From: an uncultured candidate division Zixibacteria bacterium
GTDB lineage: Bacteria; Zixibacteria; MSB-5A5; UBA10806
DNA: 64,000 bases
Direction: 5' to 3'
Assembly: GCA_963817915.1 (NCBI GenBank)
Contig: CAWFQL010000012.1
Coordinates: 448,001-512,000, forward strand
The position numbers were made by a program, and so were the translations under genes. How positions within the stretch are numbered: the first letter of the stretch is position 1; each line of letters opens with the position of its first letter. Positions 21,894-31,402 of the stretch are shown one piece after another. The notes under the pieces are model-generated. The model was not told where the DNA came from. It ran no database searches and saw nothing but the letters and a program-made list of their open reading frames with translations.

Positions 21894-24175
21894 TTTGATT
21901 CTGCCTCGATAGTTAGAAGTGGATTTTCAGCTAGTCGTAATTCAAGCAATGATTGTAGAAAGGCCAGTGTCGACTCGGCCCCTTGATTCTCGTTAGGCCG
22001 GTCCGGATGCAGGCCATCCCGGCAACCTCCAGTTGTTGGATCGTAAACTGGAAGATTCAGGTCGTTGCGTCCGAGAAACCATTCGAAAGCGCGACGGGCT
22101 TCCTTGCGCCAACGTTTATCTCCCGTGATCCGGTAAGCTTCGAGGCAGGCGGAGACCATCGCCTGAGCCTCTACCGGTTGTTGATCGAATCGGGCGCGCA
22201 CGCCATTTTGCTGATAAAAGCCATTGGATCCGATAGGCACAAAATGCCCTTTCTCTGACCGTTGAAGATCGGCCAACCAGCCAAGCGCTTCCAGTCCGGT
22301 TTCGGTCATGGCGGCATTCGGTATTGATTGGCCGCACATGAGCAACGCATGCGGTAAGGCAGCGTTACAATAAGTCAGTTTATCTTCATACCAGTGCCAG
22401 TTCTCCGAGCGATTATCTTGATACAATTTCAATAATCGTCCGGATAATTCCTCGCTGACCTGGTTGGCTCTACTGTCACCGGTAAACCGCTGTAAATATT
22501 CATGGATTCCAATAAGCGCGAATGCCCAGGCGCGCGGACTGGTTGTGTTAAGGATCGCTGGCAAAGCCTGTTCAAACAAGCGGCCGGCCATACTTTGTAA
22601 GGCTGGTATGTTCGATCGTCCTAAGACAATGCCCAAGCGCCCATAACGTGCGGCCGTGGCTATCATCGGAACCGTTAACTTCCAGCCAATTACGCTGATA
22701 ATCCATAAAGTTACGAAAACATCCCGTTTCAGTATTGAAAGCATACCAGATAAATGCAAGATAACGGGAGGCCAGTTCCGGGGCTTCTCGATTACCTATT
22801 GCTTCCAGAAGAGCGCTTACCATCAACGCACGGGCGTTGTCATCGGTGGTGTATCCCTCTATATAATTGGGGATCGTGAAAATGGCATGTTGTAATATGC
22901 CGGTCTCATCTGTCATATGATGCAAGTGGTCTGTTTTAAGAGGCGGCAATTCACCGGGACGTTTGTCCAACGGCTTAACCGCGAATTCCTGCCGAGCAGA
23001 AATGACGCCGCTCCGCCCGCGCGCGTTCGAAGCTTTCCATATAACGACTCGCCACCTGCGGCCAGATCATATCTCTTCCAAATATGTAGGCTTTCTTGCG
23101 CATAGCATGTCGCTGGGATTCGTTGTCCAGGAGACTGATTACCTGATCGGCCAGCGCCGCCGGGTCCCGAAAAGGTACCAACGCTCCACGTCCGTCGGCC
23201 AGCATCTCTTCGGCATACCAGTATGGTGTTGAAATTACAGCCTTGCCGGCCCCTACAGTATAAGCAAGCGTGCCCGATGTAATTTGTGCGGCATCAAGAT
23301 AGGGCGTGATATAAATATCCGCTACGCTTATAAATTGAATAAGCTCTTCCAAACTGACAAAGCGGTCATAAAAAATCACTTGACCCTCTACACCTTTCTC
23401 CTGAGCCAGCCATTGCAGTGATAGCCTGTATGATTCGCCGTCATTCCGCAATACATGGGGATGGGTAGCGCCAAGAATTATGTATACTACATTTGGGTAT
23501 CGGGCTAAAATATTGGGAAGGGCTGAAATGACATTCTCGATCCCTTTGTTTGCCGAGAGCAAACCGAAGCTAAGTAAGACAATTTTGCCTTCGACTCCAA
23601 ACAGGTCTTTGTGAAAACTTGGATCGACAAATGGCACGTCAGGAATGCCATGAGGGATTAAATCGATCTTTCCCCGGGTCTACACCATATACTTCTTGCA
23701 GAAATTCCACGCCGCGCGCGCTCATAACCACCAACCGATCGGACAGGGCCGCCACTTCCTTTAATACTCGAAGCTGATTGGGATCGGGGTTTCGCAATAT
23801 GGTATGTAGAGTCGTGACAATAGGCATCCGCAATTCTCGCAAGAGGGCCAGAATATGGCTGCCAGCATGCCCTCCGAAAATACCATATTCGTGCTGGAGA
23901 GATATAAGATCTACATCGTTGATGTTCAAGAAATCGGCGGCGCGACGATAGGAATTAATGTCTTTTTCGGTAAGTTCAAACCGAACACGGGTTGGATATG
24001 CGTAGCCGGCCTCGATATCATTTACCGGAAGCACGATGCAGGTTTTTTGACTGTACTGGGTGGCAATGGCCTCACACAAATCAGTAGTAAAGGTGGCAAT
24101 GCCGCAATGGCGCGGCAGGTAGTTGCCGATAAATGCGATGCGATCAAGTTTGGAATTATTAGAATCGTTATCCAT
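21890..24175 (-). CDS. GT4 glycosyltransferase fused to an (alpha/alpha)6-barrel-like domain (split by about 3 apparent frameshifts)
   Basis: GNYLPRHCGIATFT, LQHEYGIFGG, SGTLAY, GYTTDDNARAL, FDQQPVEA, NQGAESTL spread over four ORF pieces. Confidence 0.82.
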
Positions 24176-24612
24176 ATATTAAATCTCTTTTCTGTCGGCC
24201 AGATTCCGTTGCAGCAAATTATGACCTGTTAACTAAAAGAGGCGGTTGTTCCAACAACTGCCATTACGGGTTCGGTATAAGACTCTTGCAAATCCCTGCA
24301 ATCTAGGATGGCTGAACCGTTAATACCTATAGTAGCCATTTTGCGTTTCGAGTGCAAGCCATATCTAGATCGAGCACCATTGGCTGCATTATTGATAACT
24401 GAGGGTATTAATGAAAAAAATAATTCGATCTATAAATAATCCATAGGGGATTGAATGGGAGTTTGAAGTTTCATCTCTAAATGCAAGCCACTTAGGAAAA
24501 TTTGACAACTTAAAATCTGCTAGGGAGACCTCGCGACCATAAGGCCAAGCTTAGGAAATAGAAGTAAACTTGAGTGTCAAAATAAAATACGAATGTTTTC
24601 AACTGCATTTGC

Positions 24613-24661
24613 ACGATTTAGGAAGCCTCAAATCATTGTGGAGGCGGGGGGAATGGAAGTC
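24613..24661 (-). repeat. Copy of the tmRNA 3' end plus conserved flank (att-like site)
   Basis: acgatttaggaagcctcaa...tggaggcggggggaatggaagtc; flank shared with the copy at 25776-25822. Confidence 0.8.
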
Positions 24662-24820
24662 TAGCAGTAAGCAAATTCAACATTGTATTAAAATGAAGAG
24701 CGATGATCCGCTAATTTTTTATCATTCATTTGCAAAAGAACATATATAGCAGTTTTATTCGCCCTCGCAATTCATCTAATTAATATAGGGTTAGATTTTA
24801 ACGTGGCAATGTTAGGCATT

Positions 24821-25261
24821 CTATTGGAGGCTATGTATTTCGATTTTTCTTCTTTCACACACATCATTAAAATGATGGATATCGGAAGTAACCAAATAAT
24901 CAATGTGCAAACTTTCATTTTGAAGCATATTTCGAATAATCATATCTACAAAACTAACGCGCCTTTTACCTCTAGCTGCCAATTCAATGGTCTCTTTTAG
25001 TGCCCTATCTCTATAAGGAGAATCATCTATATATGATACAGATAATTCTGCCATACTTCTTTCAAATTGAGCTACGCACAAACTATTTCCTAATAATCTA
25101 GTATTTAGAAATTCATAAAGAGTGGGCCAAGGCAATGCAAAATTAAAAAGCCTAATTTTCTCAAAGGCCATAATAGATTTCTGATGATATTGATCGTTTT
25201 TATCAAGTAAACCAATCCAGAATACAGTATCGGCTAATATGAAACGCGGTATCTTATTCAT
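24821..25261 (-). CDS. PIN-domain (VapC-like) ribonuclease
   Basis: ILADTVFW, TLYEFL, SFVD, TSDIHHF acidic motifs; ATG at 25261 overlaps the upstream stop. Confidence 0.82.
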   Translation of the reverse strand: MNKIPRFILADTVFWIGLLDKNDQYHQKSIMAFEKIRLFNFALPWPTLYEFLNTRLLGNSLCVAQFERSMAELSVSYIDDSPYRDRALKETIELAARGKRRVSFVDMIIRNMLQNESLHIDYLVTSDIHHFNDVCERRKIEIHSLQ

Positions 25262-25571
25262 CCTGACCACTTCCCACTGTTTTCGCTGCATATCCGAGCC
25301 AAGGAGCCACTTTTCTCTGTCCTTTGATAAAACTCCCAATTGATTTGCCATTTTCAACACGCACAATGTAAATTCTATCTTGTAATCTTAAATTCATCGC
25401 TGCAGACAAATCTCTCTTTATTTCATCCAAAATATTCTTTTCATATTCATAATAAAAAAAAGAAAAATTACCTACGCATTCCTTGGCTTCTTTTGAATCT
25501 AGCCAATGAAATAAATTCATATAGTCGCCATCTATCCCCAAATCGTAAGATAACCAAATTGCCATTTTCAT
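25254..25571 (-). CDS. Small hypothetical protein, possibly Cas2/VapD-like fold
   Basis: GGAGG RBS before ATG 25571; AIWLSYDL strand-Asp motif; coupled to the PIN gene. Confidence 0.6.
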   Translation of the reverse strand: MKMAIWLSYDLGIDGDYMNLFHWLDSKEAKECVGNFSFFYYEYEKNILDEIKRDLSAAMNLRLQDRIYIVRVENGKSIGSFIKGQRKVAPWLGYAAKTVGSGQDE

Positions 25572-25792
25572 TTTTACCTCCATGCTAATCTAGACCAAGA
25601 CTTTAGCTAATATAATAAATAAAACGAAGTCTATCATTATTTTTTATTTAATTCGCTTTTTATATTTATCGACAAGATTTTAAGCAATTAAATTTATGAA
25701 TAAAGTTAAGTCGTATTTTCTGCTAAGCAGCAAAATCTAATATTTCAAAATATAAAGGCTTCTTCAAATCCCTTAACGACTTAGGAAGCCTC

Positions 25793-25819
25793 AATTCAAT
25801 GGAGGCGGGGGGAATCGAA
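25793..25819 (-). repeat. Exact 27-bp duplication of the tmRNA 3' end
   Basis: aattcaatggaggcggggggaatcgaa identical at 25793-25819 and 26129-26155. Confidence 0.92.
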
Positions 25820-25870
25820 GTCGCCATAGGCGACCAAGCCCCTGGCTTGCCTTGCCCGCCTCAGGCGGGC
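25820..25870. repeat. Three tandem mini-palindromes with a GCC-N3-GGC core
   Basis: gtcgcc-ata-ggcgac, caagcc-cct-ggcttg, gcccgcc-tca-ggcgggc. Confidence 0.85.
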
Positions 25871-26112
25871 CACGTCCGAGGATATCTTTCGTCTAACCAT
25901 TTACGGCCAACGCCTGATTTTAAAAATATTTCCCTTTCCCGTGCAGCATCGTAATTTTCAAATTGCTCGGTATGGATCAATTTAAATTCGCCAATGATTT
26001 GGCCGCCCTTGGTCTGTCCTGAATGATGTTCAGATAGACGACGTTTAAGATTGTTGGTTATTCCAACATATCGCTTGCCCTCTTCTCCCTGTAATACATA
26101 AAGATGAACCAT
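25861..26112 (-). CDS. Stand-alone GIY-YIG nuclease
   Basis: LYVL...YVGITNNLKRRLSEH, AREREIFLKSGVGRKWL. Confidence 0.9.
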   Translation of the reverse strand: MVHLYVLQGEEGKRYVGITNNLKRRLSEHHSGQTKGGQIIGEFKLIHTEQFENYDAAREREIFLKSGVGRKWLDERYPRTWPA

Positions 26113-26135
26113 TTAAAATTCTTTATTAAATTCAA

Positions 26136-26490
26136 TGGAGGCGGGGGGAATCGAACCCCCGTCCGAAGATGCCTCAGAAAAACCTTCTACACGCATAGGC
26201 AGTCATTTGATTCTCGACAATTGGAACGCCGACAGCCAGGCTTTCCTTTTGTCCAGCCCCCTTTTTTTTCGCCCCGCAGCCGGAGACATTCCGCAAGGCT
26301 ATCTTATCAGTATCGACGCTCTATCCCAAGCCGATAAGCAAGCTTAAGTAGAACGAGCCACCAGTGTTTTAGGCAGCTAGTGCGTACGAATAATCGTTGG
26401 CACTTGTAGTGTTTCCCGGTGTTTAACGAGATACTGGGACCTCGGCGCGCCAGTTTGACCTCGACTATCCCGTCGAAACCAATCGCCCCC
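26136..26490 (-). ncRNA. ssrA: tmRNA (transfer-messenger RNA)
   Basis: 5' GGGGGCGATTGGTTTCGAC; 3' GGGGGTTCGATTCCCCCCGCCTCCA; tag reading frame ANDYSYALAA* at 26401-26369; 355 nt. Confidence 0.95.
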
Positions 26491-26769
26491 ATGTTTTCAA
26501 AGAGCAAAAATAACACTTCATCAAATCAATATAAACATCGACTTCAAGGCGGTCAATCTATCTATACATTTATTTTACTCCATTTTTTGTTCCAATGTTT
26601 CGAAATATACTTTCAATTAATGTCCGGATTTGGTATAATAAGCGGCGGTATGAATTGGTTATCATTAAACCAATTGGGAATTGAATGACCCTGTTCGGGA
26701 TACTGGCAGGGCTTTGCCGGGGATAAAATTGAGACCGGGATCTCCGGTACAATTTTAAAATACAAACTC

Positions 26770-27853
26770 ATGAAATCAGACATTTTTTCAATAATAGCAG
26801 GTACAGGAAGCTATATACCCACAAGAATTGTCAGCAATGATGACTTCCTCCAGAATGAATTCTATAATGTCGATGGCATCAAAATCGATAAAGACAATCA
26901 CGAAATAATCAATAAACTCAAAGAGATTACCGGTATTACCGAACGACGATATGTTACCGACGATCTTAAAGCATCCGATATAGCCCTAATGGCCGCCCAG
27001 AATGCTTTGCAGTCATCCGGTATCGACAAAGAAAGTTTGGATTATATCATTGTCGCTCACAATTTCGGCGATATCGGAGCCAATAATAGAAGATCGGAAT
27101 TCGTGCCGTCACTGGCAGCGAGGGTAAAGCATAAATTGGCCATAGCGAATCCTTATACAGTCGCCTATGATTTGCCATTCGGATGCCCCGGGATGGCTCC
27201 AGGGTATTATTCAGGCCGATTACTACATTCGATCCGGCGATGCCAAACGGATCATGGTTATAGGTGCAGAGACATTATCCCGAATTTCTGACCCGCACGA
27301 CCGCGACAGCATGATTTACGCTGACGGAGCCGGCGCAACAATTCTGGATGCCAGGGAAAGCTCGTCGCCTGTCGGGATTCTGGCTCATGCCACACGTTCG
27401 GATACGCTTAATGAAGCGTTTATGCTCTGGATGGATAAATCCAATAATCCCAATCATAAAGAAAATGATTTATTCCTCAAGATGGATGGCCACAAGCTTT
27501 ACGAATACGCGATCAAGACAGTTCCTCAAGTCGTAAAAGATGCTCTGACCAAGGCAGGGCTGGCTCTGCGCAATGTCTCAAAGGTTTTGATGCATCAGGC
27601 CAACGCCAAATTAGATGAAGCTATTTTAAAACGAATATACAAACTCTACGACGAAAAAGATGTGCCCGACGATATTATGCCGATGACCATTTATCGCCTT
27701 GGCAATAGTTCAGTTGCCACCCTGCCGACAATGCTTGATTTCCTGCGGCAGGGGATTCTCAACGGCTATAAATGGAAAAGTAATGATATACTGGTGCTTG
27801 CCTCGGTAGGAGCTGGTATGAATATCAATGCGGTAATCTATAAAACACCCTAA
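26770..27853 (+). CDS. fabH: 3-oxoacyl-ACP synthase III (apparent frameshift near 27190)
   Basis: GTGSYIP, TGITERR, FGCPG (catalytic Cys), DGAGA, HQAN, GNSSVA, SVGAGM across two ORFs. Confidence 0.85.
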
Positions 27854-27860
27854 GTAGTAA

Positions 27861-28648
27861 ATGCTTCATAGAATTAATATTAACGTCGCCGATATCCGCA
27901 AAAAGCCCAAATTCAAATCCGAGCGAAGAACTCAAGCATTATATAATGAGCCCGTCGAGATTTTAAGCAAGGGCAAGCTGTACTCGCGCGTAAAATTGCA
28001 TGACGGTTTTAAGGGGTATATTAATAACCTTTTTATATCGAACGATGAAAGTCGACCTGGAGTAGATTATACCGTCAAATCAGTTCTGGCCTCTGCCTAT
28101 TCTATCCCCGGCAAAAAATCTTCTATAATCACAATGCTGCCGTTCGCGGCAGAAATTAAAGCCGAAGTTTATTCCGACAGTTTTGTCTTATGCAAATGCC
28201 ATAGATATGGTGATTTCTATATCGATAGAAATGATCTTGATTTTATCTAGCGAAAAACCGAAATTGACATTCGATAAGGTCCCCGAAATGATCGATCTAC
28301 GCCATGAAATTTATGGGTGTTCCATATCTCTGGGGCGGCAGGTCTTATTTCGGAGTCGATTGTTCAGGTTTTGTAAATATTATTCTGAAATACTTTGGCC
28401 TGATAATGCCAAGAAAATCGAGACATCAGAAAGAAATTGGCAGGAAAATCGGGCAGACCGAAATTCGGCCCGGAGATTTACTCTATTTCCCGAAACACGT
28501 GGGAATTGCCCTGTCTCCAACCGAGTACCTTCACTCCAGCCTCTCACAGGGCGGTGTCCATATCAATTCATTCGATCCGACTCAAAAAAGCTATCTGAGA
28601 TATCGCGATTTGACTTTGAAGGCTATTAGAAGAGTGACTTTAGATTAG
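27861..28648 (+). CDS. SH3 + NlpC/P60 (C40) cell-wall peptidase (apparent frameshifts at about 28240-28305)
   Basis: TQALYNE SH3-like N-terminus; GVPYLWGG, GVDCSG, PGDLLYF, HVGI. Confidence 0.8.
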
Positions 28649-28675
28649 ATAATCGCATTTAGGATAATTCATCCG

Positions 28676-30034
28676 TTAGATTTCTTTAATCCCATATTTT
28701 TTCATTCTATAAATAAGCACATGGCGCGGAATTCCAAGTCTCTTTGCGGCTTTGCTCTGGTTCCAGCCGCAGGCTCCCAATGCCTCCGCGATCATCTTTA
28801 TTTCTGAATCAACTAAAATAGATGGGCTTCTGGCGTTGTCATTTTGAGAAATAATGCCATTGGGTTTTTGGTTTAGTATTTCGTCCGGCAGATCAGTGAT
28901 CTTTATCTTTTTGCCTTTGGCAAGAATTATGATTCTCTTTATGAAATTTTCCAATTCTCTGACATTGCCAGGCCATGAATAATTCGTCAAAGCGTCTAAA
29001 GCTCTATTATCAAATGAAACAGCTTCGTCATCCGAAAATCGCCTGGCAAAATAATCGATCAGCATCGGAATATCATCGCGCCGTTCCCGCAAAGGCGGTA
29101 TTGTAATTGGAATAACATTCAGTCTATAAAATAGATCCTCGCGAAATAGGCCATTCTTGACTCTCGAAGACAGGTCCTGATTCGTGGCGGCTATCACTCG
29201 AATATCAATCGAAATTGATTCGTTCGATCCCACCGGCTCGACGATTTTTTCCTGCAATACTCTCAGTAATTTGGCTTGCAATTCAGGGTGAAGATCCGCG
29301 ATTTCATCGAGGAAAATTGTGCTATTATTGGCGAGAATAAATTTTCCTGTTTTATTCTTTATCGCGCCTGTAAATGACCCCATGATATGCCCGAAAAGCT
29401 CGCTCTCTAGAAGATCGCGCGGGATGGCGGCGCAATTTACAGTAATCATCGAGTTCGCTGCTCTGTCGCTGTAACGGTGAATTGCCTTGGCCACTAACTC
29501 CTTACCTGTTCCTGATTCGCCCGTGATAAGAATAGTGGCGTCGGTAGCGGCGACTTTCTTAATAGTTAGAAATATCTCCTGCATCGGTCTTGAGACACCA
29601 ATAATATTCGAGAATGAATATTGACCATCAAGTTCGCGCCGCAGCCTGATATTCTCATCTTTTAATCTTTGGAATTCCAATGCCTTTTCAACAGTCATAA
29701 GAAAATCATCTCTGTCAAACGGCTTGGTTATATAGTCGAATGCCCCTAATTTCATCGCCTCGACTGCTTTTTCAATTGTGCCGAACGCGGTGATGCAAAT
29801 AACGGGCATATCAGGGTAAATCGCTTTTGCCTTCTGCATCAATTCCATTCCGCTGAGACCGGGAAGTTTCAGATCAGTTATGAGGAGGTTGTAAGCGGAT
29901 TTCTTTAATAATTCCAGGGCTTGCTCGGCAGATTCCACCGATGTCGAGAGATAACCTCTTTGCTTGAGATTATAATCGATAATTCTTCTCAACGATTCAT
30001 CATCGTCGACTGCTAATATGCGATATTCTTCCAT
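28676..30034 (-). CDS. Sigma-54-dependent response regulator (NtrC/ZraR family)
   Basis: Receiver domain, GESGTGKE, ESELFGH..GSFTGA, FREDLFYRLNV, Fis-type HTH. Confidence 0.95.
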   Translation of the reverse strand: MEEYRILAVDDDESLRRIIDYNLKQRGYLSTSVESAEQALELLKKSAYNLLITDLKLPGLSGMELMQKAKAIYPDMPVICITAFGTIEKAVEAMKLGAFDYITKPFDRDDFLMTVEKALEFQRLKDENIRLRRELDGQYSFSNIIGVSRPMQEIFLTIKKVAATDATILITGESGTGKELVAKAIHRYSDRAANSMITVNCAAIPRDLLESELFGHIMGSFTGAIKNKTGKFILANNSTIFLDEIADLHPELQAKLLRVLQEKIVEPVGSNESISIDIRVIAATNQDLSSRVKNGLFREDLFYRLNVIPITIPPLRERRDDIPMLIDYFARRFSDDEAVSFDNRALDALTNYSWPGNVRELENFIKRIIILAKGKKIKITDLPDEILNQKPNGIISQNDNARSPSILVDSEIKMIAEALGACGWNQSKAAKRLGIPRHVLIYRMKKYGIKEI

Positions 30035-30049
30035 AATTATTCGTGTACG

Positions 30050-31102
30050 TCAGGCAACCGGTAATGTAATCGTAAAGGTAGTGCCATTTGCTGGCGCGCT
30101 ATCTACCTTGATCTGTCCGCCATGTTCGTCAACTATCGTCTTGGCAGTCGCCAAACCTAAGCCTGTACCGTGCGCCTTGGTCGAGAAAAAAGGATCGAAT
30201 ATTTTCACCAGGTTGTCGGGCGCGATTCCTTTTCCGGTATCGGCAATTGTAATTTCGACAGATTTTGGTGAGTCATCTGATCTTAGACGATTTTCAATCA
30301 TTATCGTGCCGCCGTCGGGCATGGCCTGCATGGCGTTGATAATTATATTCAAGAATAGCTGATGCAGCCTGTTCTTGTCGCCCATAATATGGGGGAAACT
30401 GCGCGGTTCGAATTGAATCTCTATATGATGTTTCTCGAATTCATTTAGCATCTGCCTTAATATGGTCGAAAGTAATTCACCCGCGTCCAGATCAGTCTTA
30501 TTGATTGGGGTCGGTTTAGCGTATGAAAGATAATCGCCCACTACAGAATCAAGGCGATTGACTTCTTTTTCTATTATCGATGTGAATTCGGTTCTATCAT
30601 TTGCCGGCGTGGTTTTATCTTTGAGAATCTGCACCGCTCCTTTTATCGACCCCAATGGATTTTTTATCTCATGCGCGATAGAAGCAACCATCTGCCCCAT
30701 CAACGATAACCGTTCAGATTGACGAAGCTTATTTTCAGCTTCATCCTTTTTCTTGCGAGAGGCTTTTTCGCTTTCAAGCAATATCCCTGAAAATCCGCCA
30801 ATTGCGAAATAGAATACTATTTCCACCAATTCGCTATAAAGCTCATTGGGATCGTTAACTGGCTTTATTCCTATATAAATTATTGAAAAGACACCAATGA
30901 CTGTTGCTGTAAGCAGCCCGCCACGCAATCCAAACCAGATCGCGCCAAGCACAATCGGGATATAGCAAAGCCGCCCATGGATCGCGTGGATGAAATGGGA
31001 GTGCCCGATCATCGAGCCGAAAAGTATATCGTAATAATGAAATGTAAGTGTCAATGATGTGATTATGATCACCAGAATCAATTTTGTCCGTTGAGTAAGC
31101 AT
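30050..31102 (-). CDS. Membrane sensor histidine kinase with His-rich N-terminal loop
   Basis: AHEIKNPL H-box, N/G1/F/G2 boxes; TM region with FHYY...GHSHFIHAIH. Confidence 0.92.
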   Translation of the reverse strand: MLTQRTKLILVIIITSLTLTFHYYDILFGSMIGHSHFIHAIHGRLCYIPIVLGAIWFGLRGGLLTATVIGVFSIIYIGIKPVNDPNELYSELVEIVFYFAIGGFSGILLESEKASRKKKDEAENKLRQSERLSLMGQMVASIAHEIKNPLGSIKGAVQILKDKTTPANDRTEFTSIIEKEVNRLDSVVGDYLSYAKPTPINKTDLDAGELLSTILRQMLNEFEKHHIEIQFEPRSFPHIMGDKNRLHQLFLNIIINAMQAMPDGGTIMIENRLRSDDSPKSVEITIADTGKGIAPDNLVKIFDPFFSTKAHGTGLGLATAKTIVDEHGGQIKVDSAPANGTTFTITLPVA

Positions 31103-31142
31103 GAGATATTAATAGCCATAATTCTACAAATGTCAACAAAAT

Positions 31143-31158
31143 TGTAGAATATTCTACA
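31143..31158. promoter_or_regulatory. Perfect 16-bp palindrome TGTAGAATATTCTACA, candidate activator-binding UAS
   Basis: 100 bp upstream of the -24 element; an extra ATTCTACA half-site at 31121-31128. Confidence 0.6.
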
Positions 31159-31257
31159 TAATACGATCTTTACCACCATTTATTCAACCCTCAGTATATG
31201 CCGGTAATTCATTGAGTTATATTGCCTTAGACGTTTTCATGTCGATCTATATGAATA

Positions 31258-31273
31258 TGGTATGTTTCTTGCA
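31258..31273 (+). promoter_or_regulatory. Sigma-54 (-24/-12) promoter of the cusCBA-like operon
   Basis: TGGTATgtttcTTGCA with GG-N10-GC spacing; divergent sigma-54 activator gene. Confidence 0.72.
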
Positions 31274-31402
31274 TTAGGACAGATAGTATGAAGCAATGAT
31301 GGTGAAGCAAAAAAATAGGATGACAAAGTAGAATTTTAGTAATTAGTTAGATATCAAATATGGTATAGGATCAATATAATGTGATGAAAGAACGAAATAG
31401 GA

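Noticed and set aside
25262..25366. N-terminal extension of the PIN ORF given in the ORF track
   Set aside because: It overlaps the upstream gene; ATG 25261 coupled to the upstream stop puts the PIN motif at the N-terminus
25793..25883. tRNA gene
   Set aside because: Only a T-arm and 3' acceptor strand matching ssrA; no D-arm or anticodon arm. The same applies to the copies at 24639 and 20121
24300..26130. CRISPR array near the Cas2-like ORF
   Set aside because: The only repeats are tmRNA-end copies at irregular spacings of 0.3-4.5 kb; no regular repeat-spacer pattern and no cas1
26104..26752. Short ORFs overlapping 26.1-26.7 kb
   Set aside because: They overlap the tmRNA or its upstream region and show no recognisable motifs
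27167..27291. Programmed frameshifting in fabH and other split genes
   Set aside because: No consistent slippery site or stimulatory structure, these families are not known to recode, and indel error is simpler
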